Source of the DNA: a virus
DNA length: 64,000 nt
Direction: 5' to 3' (one strand)
IMG/VR virus record: IMGVR_UViG_3300045988_154248
Position numbers and translations under genes: made by a program. The notes under the pieces are model-generated. The model was not told the origin of the DNA, did not search any database, and worked only from the letters and a program-made list of their open reading frames with translations. Of this stretch, positions 26,344 to 34,067 are shown piece after piece; the first letter of the stretch is position 1; every line of letters begins with the position of its first letter.

Positions 26344-27010
26344 GTTTTTTCCTCCTTAAATGCCGTGTACTTGACACGGCGAAACAAAATTGATAAGATA
26401 TGTATTGAAACAATTTCGGCGCTCATAAACTCACGTTTTCGTCAATATTTCAAGCGGGCGACTTGAGCGCCACGACTTACGGGAAACGTCCCGCGACGTA
26501 TTTTAATGGAACACGTAAACCGAAAAGGGAGCGACTTGAGCGCCACCACTTTTTTTATTGCAATTTGTAGGGAGCGACTTGAGCGCCACCGCTACGAAAA
26601 GGTGTTTCGTTCGAATGTAGTCTGTATATCCCGTGTACAGGTGGGAAAACGCATATCATCACACGCGCCCACTTTGTTTACCACTCAAGTGCTGCTGATT
26701 TTAAGCAGATATTTGAAGACGGTTACTCGTGTTACCCGTTCGCGTACATCTCACGACGTTCGCGCGCTCAACTGGGAATAGTCCTATTCGGTATGGACTT
26801 TGTACCGGGCAAATTAGTTTGCCGAACTCATGCAAGAATAGAATGCAGATGGATTTTCCGCCATCCGCGGAGCGGTTACACGTCCGCGTAATAGATACTG
26901 AGACTAAGGTTGACAGTTACAATCCCGGGCGGTGTCCGGTATACAGAAGAAGAAACACCGCGAACGAAACGACCGTTCGCGTACCGTTTAGGCTATCACC
27001 CTTTCGGTAA
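26344..27010 (-). ncRNA. long GC-rich structured leader or ncRNA candidate
   Basis: No credible ORF on either strand. Much higher GC than surroundings. Many 5-7 bp GC stems, for example 26362-26380, 26866-26888 and 26960-26980. A G-U versus A-C asymmetry favours the minus strand. Confidence 0.4.
26453..26593. repeat. three direct copies of GCGACTTGAGCGCCAC (about 20-24 nt)
   Basis: Cores start at 26458, 26531 and 26574, so the spacing is 73 and 43 nt. Confidence 0.8.
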
Positions 27011-27022
27011 TTGTATTATCTC

Positions 27023-27087
27023 ATAAACATGCATAGATTGCAAGTGTTTTTTAGTGAAATTATACACAAATTATAAACATGCATAGA
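27023..27087. repeat. direct repeat ATAAACATGCATAGA x2
   Basis: Copies at 27023-27037 and 27073-27087 in the divergent control region. Each contains the ATGCAT palindrome. Confidence 0.7.
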
Positions 27088-27136
27088 ACTATTTTTAGTG
27101 CATATTGCTAGTTGATTAATTGTCGTTGTGTAATAT

Positions 27137-27208
27137 ACACAATAGATGCGGTATAAGTAATAGTATTATGCAGCATATTGGCAAATAGTAATATTACACA
27201 ATAGATGC
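27137..27208. repeat. direct repeat ACACAATAGATGC x2
   Basis: Copies at 27137-27149 and 27196-27208, upstream of the RHH gene. Confidence 0.7.
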
Positions 27209-27244
27209 AATAGTTTATTGTGCAAAGTGCTGAAAATAAAATAA

Positions 27245-27460
27245 TTGAAAGAAGGTATCATATTGTCAGAAACTAACGAGTCACAATTAAAAGCTGTCAG
27301 AAAATATAACTCGCAATGTAAAAGTGTCGCAATACGCTACACTCCAAAAGAATTATCAGAATTTGAAAGGTTAGAAAGATATATTTCAGAAAATAATGTA
27401 AATAAAGCCGAATATATTAAAAATTTAATAAAAGCAGATCTGGACAAAAAGGGCTATTGA
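27245..27460 (+). CDS. ribbon-helix-helix (CopG/Arc-like) DNA-binding protein
   Basis: VAIRYTPKELSEFERLERYISENNVNKAEYIKNLIKADL fits a beta-strand plus two-helix RHH pattern. It is the first rightward gene. Confidence 0.55.
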   Translation: MKEGIILSETNESQLKAVRKYNSQCKSVAIRYTPKELSEFERLERYISENNVNKAEYIKNLIKADLDKKGY

Positions 27461-27486
27461 CTGCAAAGTGTACCAGAATAGAAGGT

Positions 27487-27524
27487 TGACTATTGGTCAG
27501 TTTAGAATGACTATTGGTCAGTTT
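27487..27524. promoter_or_regulatory. tandem operator-like repeat TGACTATTGGTCAGTTT x2
   Basis: Copies at 27487-27503 and 27508-27524, a 21-nt period. Each contains the TGAC...GTCA dyad. Confidence 0.6.
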
Positions 27525-27530
27525 GTAAAT

Positions 27531-27670
27531 TAGGAATGATTACTATTATTGATTTTATGGAAATGTGAGGTTTAGTACTGGTAAACTTTTTGTTTAGTAT
27601 TTGTATATGTGGAAATTGTGGATAATGTGGAAAACTTATGTAGATAACTTGATAATAGTAATCATTCCTA
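27531..27670. repeat. 19-bp perfect inverted repeat bracketing the DnaA-box cluster
   Basis: TAGGAATGATTACTATTAT at 27531-27549 and its reverse complement at 27652-27670. Confidence 0.8.
27608..27634. promoter_or_regulatory. three tandem DnaA boxes (origin-like)
   Basis: TGTGGAAAT TGTGGATAA TGTGGAAAA. The middle 9-mer is the exact complement of the TTATCCACA consensus and the others have one mismatch each. AT-rich DNA follows. Confidence 0.65.
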
Positions 27671-27967
27671 TTTTCGATATATAAAATTTTTACATATGAC
27701 CTTACGTCACACTTTACCACCCTTTTTCAACTTGCCACCGGAACAGCGCGCGCCATGGTCAAAAATTTTTATTTTACCAAACAATAGAAAAAATTTTATC
27801 TATTGTCAAAATATTTTAAATTGTACTGAAATTGTGTTATGCCATGTAAAATACCTGTTTTTCGGGGTAAAATGACGTTGTGATCTGTTTATTGTCTGAG
27901 TAGTCAGACGGGGGGTAGTTAAAATCAGCAAATTGTCTGAATTTTCTGAAATCTCACATAGCTGGTT

Positions 27968-28429
27968 CATCTACACACTAACTCCAAAATCCATCACTCC
28001 ACCCAATCTCCCTATCTCACCACCCTCCCATTCCACCCATCCAAAAACAATCCACATTTTACCTAATAATCAAGCCCAAAACCCCATCATATCACCATAA
28101 AACCCCATATCGTACCCCTTATCGTAAACCTCAGTAATCAAGCCTTAAAATCACTCTGCCCTTCAAATTTTACTCTCCACTTTTTCACCCTCAATCAAAA
28201 ATACCCCATATAAATTCTGGCCTCAAACGATAAACATTTTACGGATTAAAAATTGCACTCTTCCTCTCTCCTTCACTATTTCAACACTCACCTATCTAAA
28301 CCATATCATATCATCACAAATCATCCTTACTATTGATCTAAGGACAAAACAGTATTATAATCAACCTAGAATCCATTCAAACACATACACCCTATAAACT
28401 GTCCACCAATACAAGAAAAGAGGAAAATC
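27968..28429 (+). other. G-depleted, C/A-rich untranslated tract
   Basis: About 460 nt with only about 20 G, and none at 27968-28073. CCC runs occur at 28002-28038. No ORF. Ends at the SD of 28430..28948. Confidence 0.7.
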
Positions 28430-28948
28430 ATGTCATTTCGTGATGAATTGTCCAGCCTTACACCAACGCAAGAACAGTTCCAGACTAAAGCAACATCTGA
28501 AGCACAAACAAATGCCAGACTTGATTATTCTGGTGTAAAAGATCTTTTACGCTCCAAAGCACAGCATAATGAGTACACAACTATAGGCAATCATAAATAT
28601 ATCTCTTGCTATTATCCGGATTCCTATTCGGGCGAACCAGAAGCTGCAGAATATGTCAGACGAGTCTGTGAAACAAGAACAACCATGCATAGAAGAGGAT
28701 TATTTTCTGGACAAGTACAAGAAACATCATGCATAATCTCTTATGTTATTACAAACCAATCTGCATATGATGAATATTTAAAAGAATTACAAAGACTTGC
28801 TGCAGAAGATGATATTCGTATATCTGTAGTAGGATATAATAAATTAGAAAAACGCACCGAAATATCAATTCCCTGTTGTCTCGGATCAACTTTACTGGCA
28901 AACAATTATATGTACAGAATCAAACTTAGTGTCAGCATCACATTTTAA
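28430..28948 (+). CDS. hypothetical protein
   Basis: 172-aa ORF with AAGAGGAAAATC directly before the ATG. Confidence 0.6.
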   Translation: MSFRDELSSLTPTQEQFQTKATSEAQTNARLDYSGVKDLLRSKAQHNEYTTIGNHKYISCYYPDSYSGEPEAAEYVRRVCETRTTMHRRGLFSGQVQETSCIISYVITNQSAYDEYLKELQRLAAEDDIRISVVGYNKLEKRTEISIPCCLGSTLLANNYMYRIKLSVSITF

Positions 28949-29303
28949 ATAGGAAATAACTCAAATAAAATAAGGGTAGATGACCATAAAAATCACCTAC
29001 CCTATACAAAAAGATACTTCTACAGATTTTAAATCAATTTTATATCCATACCCTAACAACTATCCACTAAGCACATTAAAATTTGTTCTAAACAAATAAT
29101 CTCACATACTCTCCTACGATCATACCCAAGAAATGATCTGTATCCTCTTATACCAGACACACCATGGGGGCTACTTTTAAACTCCAGCATAAAAAGATCT
29201 TCTATTTCATATATACCTATATAATATACAGAATTTACCATTTGAATGTTTGTTCGAATTATGCTAAAATTATTAATATCAAAAATATAAAGGACTGTTG
29301 GGC

Positions 29304-30074
29304 ATGAATGATTTATATAGCTTTTTCTATTGGGGAGATTACAATGCTCAGATGGCGGAATTAGCAAAAAGAGCACAGTCAGAGCCGTGGTCTTTTGGAA
29401 ATATAAACGATTATTCAATTTTAAAAAATTATATGAAACATACTTTCCAAAAACTGCAGAGTGAAGGGAAAATCGTTACAGCAAAATATTATTGTATTTT
29501 TAATACAGGCCTATATGATAATTATAACGAACCAATTTATGTATATGCAGAACCTAATAATAGATTAGGCTATTCAAGTTGGATATTTAAAGGATTCAAA
29601 GATTGTTATGAGCTAGGCGATTTAAAAATCATTGATTTACCAGAAAGAGCTGATTACTTTTTTGATCCAGGCAAACTCATATTCAACTGGCATTATCCCG
29701 TTAATGTTCATTATGAACACATCTTAGATGACCTTAATACAGCGCAGCGTTTACCAGAACGTATTCGGACAAGTGATCTTGCATTGGAAACACTAAAAGG
29801 AGTAATCGATTCTTCAATTCAAAAGGTTACTGCGAATTATAAGCTTGCTATTCCTCATTACTACAATAACAGGATTCAGCTAATGATTCCATTATATTTC
29901 AACAAAAATAATATTCCTGACGTTGCATTGGTGCTTAATGAAATAGATGGAAAGTGTTACCAAGCAAGAACATGTCTTTCCATGAAGATGGCATACATTG
30001 ATGCAAGGATTATTTCTAAGCCTGATGTGTTCTGGTTATCCTTTGATACAATTAATGCAAGAGAAGAAGAATAA
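29304..30074 (+). CDS. hypothetical protein (DUF3825-like by recollection)
   Basis: ORF track gives 29298..30074. ATG at 29304. The N-terminal MNDLYSFFYWGDYNAQMAELAKRAQSEPWSF...ILKNYMKHTFQKLQSEGKI pattern gives the tentative family assignment. Confidence 0.5.
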   Translation: MNDLYSFFYWGDYNAQMAELAKRAQSEPWSFGNINDYSILKNYMKHTFQKLQSEGKIVTAKYYCIFNTGLYDNYNEPIYVYAEPNNRLGYSSWIFKGFKDCYELGDLKIIDLPERADYFFDPGKLIFNWHYPVNVHYEHILDDLNTAQRLPERIRTSDLALETLKGVIDSSIQKVTANYKLAIPHYYNNRIQLMIPLYFNKNNIPDVALVLNEIDGKCYQARTCLSMKMAYIDARIISKPDVFWLSFDTINAREEE

Positions 30075-30100
30075 AATAATATATGAAAATACATTCCTAT

Positions 30101-30135
30101 AGCAGATGAGAGAAATCTTGTCTGCTATTTTTTTA
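30101..30135 (+). terminator. intrinsic terminator
   Basis: AGCAGA...TCTGCT stem followed by ATTTTTTT. Confidence 0.6.
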
Positions 30136-30346
30136 TGCTCAAAATCAAAAATTGACAAATCATAAAACACAAAAACGATTCAAATCGTATGGAGAATAAG
30201 TGAATACCAAAGCAAATCATAAATAAAAAAGGAGATATTTACTATAAATAATAATTTGAAACTGATTACAACAGAAAAATTTGTTACAGAACAGAGAATG
30301 AACAGATAGACGAACTTGGACTCCGAAAGGAGTGCAATTAATCTCA

Positions 30347-30461
30347 TATAATAATTATATATTTATATAATAATTAATTAAGTGCAAAAAGTGGTCAAAA
30401 TCTACCCACTTAGTGGGAGTGTTTTGGAGTGTAGTGGTCAAAATCGATACACTTTTTGCAC
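30347..30461. promoter_or_regulatory. AT-rich direct repeats plus GTGGTCAAAATC x2 inside a 12-13 bp inverted repeat (iteron/DUE-like)
   Basis: TATAATAATTA at 30347 and 30366. GTGGTCAAAATC at 30391 and 30434. AGTGCAAAAAGTG at 30381-30393 pairs with CACTTTTTGCAC at 30450-30461. Confidence 0.5.
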
Positions 30462-31451
30462 CATGTAAAAAATGGAGGTAAAATTATTAACGATCAAAAT
30501 TTAAAATCAATTCAAATTTCTATACCAAAAGATATACTTCACTCTTCTGCTTTTTCAAATTATGAAATTGCAGCGTACTGTTTTTTAAAAACTGTAGTGA
30601 CTGTCACATACACAACAGAACATTGTATATCTTATTCTCAGGCCAGCTATTATCTAACTGGATCTACAAAATATTCTAAACGATTCCCTGTATATATAAA
30701 AAACGGAATAGATAGACTTATTCAAAAAGGAATTATTATCCAAAAAGGAGTCGCTCAAAAAGAATATATTTTAGACTGTTCTTGCTTATGGGATGATACA
30801 AAAGATGCTCCGTTTGTTATTATTGATTTTTTTGAAATAAGAAAAATATTTCAAATAACAGACTGTAATAATTTTCAATTGCTTAGATATTTTTCAATTC
30901 TTATTGGTACGATCAGCTCTTCTATCGATGTGTGGCTCGATTCATTAGAACACAAAAGTCGTGTCGTTGGCAATATGACGATCGAATATCTGTCCGATTT
31001 ATCTGGAATTTCCATAAGAAGTATAAAAGAATATAATCGCGTTTTGGAGAAAAATCAGTTGATCTATATTTTTCGCCAAGATGATTTTTTACTATCACCT
31101 GATGAAAAAAATATTTCTCGTATGACAAACGTGTATGGTCGGCCTGCAGATAAATTATACATTGATTCTTATGCTGGATCACAGAAAAAAGAAAAGAAAT
31201 CTTACAAATGGATTAATAGTGAAGTTGAAAATGCGAATCGTAAACGTAAGCTGGCCCAAATGTATAACCAGATTGCAAAGGGTAAGGGTCAAAAATACTC
31301 TTTGGAAGAAATTCAGCAGGTATATGATTATATTCATTCTGAAAATAGCAAATATAAAGCTATGTATAAAGAGAATAAATACGAGGAGTACTTAACAAAA
31401 CAAAGAGATGAAACTGTTTTTGAAAAATTGAATTTAAAGAAAGAAGGATAA
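30456..31451 (+). CDS. putative replication initiation/organizer-type protein (function tentative)
   Basis: 331-aa ORF directly after the iteron-like repeats. The TTG at 30456 lacks an SD, whereas GGAGG at 30474 is followed 7 nt later by in-frame ATT at 30486. Confidence 0.5.
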   Translation: MHHVKNGGKIINDQNLKSIQISIPKDILHSSAFSNYEIAAYCFLKTVVTVTYTTEHCISYSQASYYLTGSTKYSKRFPVYIKNGIDRLIQKGIIIQKGVAQKEYILDCSCLWDDTKDAPFVIIDFFEIRKIFQITDCNNFQLLRYFSILIGTISSSIDVWLDSLEHKSRVVGNMTIEYLSDLSGISIRSIKEYNRVLEKNQLIYIFRQDDFLLSPDEKNISRMTNVYGRPADKLYIDSYAGSQKKEKKSYKWINSEVENANRKRKLAQMYNQIAKGKGQKYSLEEIQQVYDYIHSENSKYKAMYKENKYEEYLTKQRDETVFEKLNLKKEG

Positions 31452-31452
31452 A

Positions 31453-32610
31453 ATGTCAGATACTAAACATTATTTAAAATTACTACTCACGAATATTCAT
31501 AAAAAATATTCACTAAAAGATACCATTGATAAAAACGAATATTCTTTTACTATGATGAAACTAAGTCAAAACAACATAACTCCGCAAGAGGCTTTAATGT
31601 GTTATTTAGATCAAGAATCGTCAATTCTCGACCCATCGAATGAAGTGTTGGACAATACAATTTCTTTATTGAATTATCTTTTATCTTATATTACTGCAAA
31701 TTTTAATATAAAAACCATTGCAGGTTGTTACAAAATTACGAATAGAGAAACTGGTGAAATATACATTGGAGAAACAGTCAATATGTTTGCAAGGTTCTCG
31801 CAACATATCAGTATGTTGTATAACGGTACACATCATTGCATAGCTCTTCAAGAATCATTTAATAAAAACAAAGACATTGACCGTTTTTCTTTTAAGCCTA
31901 TTTTCTTTTTTGAAACATCCTATTACAAAGGCAGAGCAGTAACAAAAACAAGAACACTATATTTAGAAGCTGCATATTATTTAACTTATCGTTATAAAAA
32001 ATATGTTCTTTATAATACGAAAAATCCATTTTTAGAACTTAAAAATAATGAAAAGAAAACTTTTGATAATTACGAAGTCATCTATAAAGATGTTTTACAG
32101 ATGATATATGACGATCCTGACAAAATTTTATCAGAAAATTTAAAAGAAAAAGTTAGAAAAAATTTGAATGAAAAGGGAATTCATGAAACGCCTGAGACAA
32201 AACAAAAAAAGAAACATAGTCATTCAAAAAGCAGAGAATATATTGGTGTTGATACGGAAAATGGAACATATGAATATAACAATAAAACATATCCACTGTG
32301 TCCTGGTGAAAAATATAGTTTTACGAGTTTGACTGAATCACTTTGTGATAATGGAATTCTACTTTCAAGAGAAGAACATGATTATTTGTTATTCAAAAAG
32401 ACATTGGTGTACGAAAATCTATTAAATGTGGATAACAGCAATAGGTTTTTTGCCAGGGAATCTTCTTTAACTGACGGATATTTAGAATTAAAGCATTTTA
32501 AAACATGCAATTCTGATTTATATAGATATCAAATAACAGAAAAAGGTAAAGATAGAATTTTAGAAATTATCAATCAGTATGGAAAAGATTACTTTAAAAG
32601 ACAAGATTAG
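31453..32610 (+). CDS. GIY-YIG homing endonuclease-like protein
   Basis: [28 protein letters not shown]...LQESF...R..YLEAAY is the GIY-YIG motif set. Confidence 0.75.
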   Translation: MSDTKHYLKLLLTNIHKKYSLKDTIDKNEYSFTMMKLSQNNITPQEALMCYLDQESSILDPSNEVLDNTISLLNYLLSYITANFNIKTIAGCYKITNRETGEIYIGETVNMFARFSQHISMLYNGTHHCIALQESFNKNKDIDRFSFKPIFFFETSYYKGRAVTKTRTLYLEAAYYLTYRYKKYVLYNTKNPFLELKNNEKKTFDNYEVIYKDVLQMIYDDPDKILSENLKEKVRKNLNEKGIHETPETKQKKKHSHSKSREYIGVDTENGTYEYNNKTYPLCPGEKYSFTSLTESLCDNGILLSREEHDYLLFKKTLVYENLLNVDNSNRFFARESSLTDGYLELKHFKTCNSDLYRYQITEKGKDRILEIINQYGKDYFKRQD

Positions 32611-32612
32611 CA

Positions 32613-32885
32613 ATGGAGAATAATGATAAAGTACATCTCTCAACAATTCATAGAGCAAAAGGGTTGGAATATCCAATCGTGTTCATTGTTGGATTGAATG
32701 ATGGACTGCTCCCACATGCAAAAAGTGACAATCTCGATGATGAACGCAGGTTATTATATGTCGGAATTACAAGAGCAGAGAATGAATTATATCTCTCTTC
32801 TACTGCATCATACAATGATAATCTTATGACTCCTAGCCCGTTCATTGATGAACTTGGAGATAGCGTTAAAAAGATGAAGTGTTAA
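32613..32885 (+). CDS. stand-alone SF1 (UvrD/PcrA-type) helicase C-terminal fragment
   Basis: [19 protein letters not shown]...[18 protein letters not shown] matches helicase motifs V-VI. No upstream helicase core is present in the window. Confidence 0.7.
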   Translation: MENNDKVHLSTIHRAKGLEYPIVFIVGLNDGLLPHAKSDNLDDERRLLYVGITRAENELYLSSTASYNDNLMTPSPFIDELGDSVKKMKC

Positions 32886-32989
32886 TGAATGTTTAGAGAA
32901 TATAAAATTAGGAACTATTAATCATCCCTATAGTCAAGGAGTGATAAAAATGTATTTAAAAATTATGAAAATCAAAGGAGATACTAATT

Positions 32990-33235
32990 ATGAAAGAGAA
33001 CACAAGATTTTGCACCAGAAGTTTAAGAGATAATACAAGATTTGGAGGAGTAATTCAGTTTACAGAACTTTCTCCATATCCGAATTCTACTACCCTATCA
33101 CATGGATCGCACTTCGCAGAAAAGATTATTGCAGACAGAAAGTTTGATGAACAGTGTCATCGAAATATTATTCAAACACAAAAATTAAAAGCAAAACAGT
33201 CCACAGTAAAGGAAGTGGATGAGTTTGTTTACTAA
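32990..33235 (+). CDS. hypothetical protein
   Basis: 81-aa ORF with AAAGGAG 9 nt upstream. Confidence 0.45.
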   Translation: MKENTRFCTRSLRDNTRFGGVIQFTELSPYPNSTTLSHGSHFAEKIIADRKFDEQCHRNIIQTQKLKAKQSTVKEVDEFVY

Positions 33236-33659
33236 AACTGATCGTAGATATTTATCTAAAGCGAGACAGGCTGCAGATATTTCTGATTATAAAAACGTAC
33301 ATATCGGTTGTGTGGCAGTATACAAAGGAAATATTGTTGGTATTGGTTGTAATACTAATAAAACTCATCCAGTACAGAAATATTATAACAAATATAGAAA
33401 TACTGACGTTGATCAGGAAACACTTCTTCCTAAAATACATGCGGAAATTAGCTGTATCAATTCCATCCGACATCTGGATATAGATTTTTCCAAAGTAAAA
33501 TTATATATATATCGAAAACGAAATGATAAACCTTATGGTATGTCTAGGCCATGTCCGTCATGTATGGCTGCCATCAAGGATTTAGGCATAAAACACATTT
33601 ATTATACTACAAATGAAGGCTTTGCTTATGAATGTGTAACACAGGAGGATTTAGTATGA
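33219..33659 (+). CDS. dCMP/CMP-type zinc deaminase
   Basis: HAEISCI...PCPSCMAAI is the H-A-E ... PCxxC zinc-deaminase signature. Confidence 0.8.
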   Translation: MSLFTKTDRRYLSKARQAADISDYKNVHIGCVAVYKGNIVGIGCNTNKTHPVQKYYNKYRNTDVDQETLLPKIHAEISCINSIRHLDIDFSKVKLYIYRKRNDKPYGMSRPCPSCMAAIKDLGIKHIYYTTNEGFAYECVTQEDLV

Positions 33660-34060
33660 ATATTAATACAAATATTATAGATTTTGTATGGAATTTTAAA
33701 AATTTTAAACTTAATGATTTTGGATTAGATCCTGAATATAACATGTTATGTGCGCCAGTTTGTGAATGCGGATGTGGTGAGAAGATGAATGTTTTACTTG
33801 AAAGTGATGATGACATCTATGATTTTTGTTATGAGCTTGTAGATACTCAAGATTGCAATTATTGTGTTGCTTTTGCAATCAATGAAAAGAATGAAATGCT
33901 TGGTGCAATTAAATATGATGGTGAAATTCATTGTATTAAATTGAAAAACATTTCTGAAGACTATCTTCAAGTTGGTGGCATGTTTAATGATTTAGAGCTA
34001 CATCAGTATGGAATTATTGTCTGTGTTGGCGATGGAGAATATAAGATTTTGGAGGAATAA
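33656..34060 (+). CDS. hypothetical Cys-rich protein
   Basis: ORF track gives 33632..34060. ATG at 33656 follows GGAGG. Confidence 0.55.
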   Translation: MNINTNIIDFVWNFKNFKLNDFGLDPEYNMLCAPVCECGCGEKMNVLLESDDDIYDFCYELVDTQDCNYCVAFAINEKNEMLGAIKYDGEIHCIKLKNISEDYLQVGGMFNDLELHQYGIIVCVGDGEYKILEE

Positions 34061-34067
34061 AAAATAT

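Noticed and set aside
26453-26593. Three direct repeats considered as a phage mini-CRISPR array or solitary CRISPR repeats
   Set aside because: The repeat core is only about 16-24 nt. The spacing is irregular (73 and 43 nt), so the spacers would be about 50 and about 20 nt. There are no cas genes or leader. The repeats fit weak hairpins with a shared loop, or protein-binding iterons, better.
26506-27010. Plus-strand ORFs 26506..26781 and 26729..27010 as genes
   Set aside because: They are Arg/Ser/Thr/Cys-rich low-complexity translations with no SD. They overlap each other and lie in a helix-dense GC-rich tract. They are treated as noncoding.
25380-27010. Retron or diversity-generating retroelement explanation for the GC-rich structured RNA
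   Set aside because: No reverse transcriptase ORF is present, since no YxDD-type motif occurs in neighbouring proteins. There is also no template/variable repeat pair.
27511-27720. Minus-strand ORF of 69 aa
   Set aside because: It spans the inverted repeat, the DnaA boxes and the AT-rich DNA, and its translation is dominated by I/Y/N/K. It is an artefact of AT-rich repeats.
29053-29418. Minus-strand ORF of 121 aa
   Set aside because: It is antisense to the start of 29304..30074 and to a G-depleted leader. It has no SD and implausible composition.
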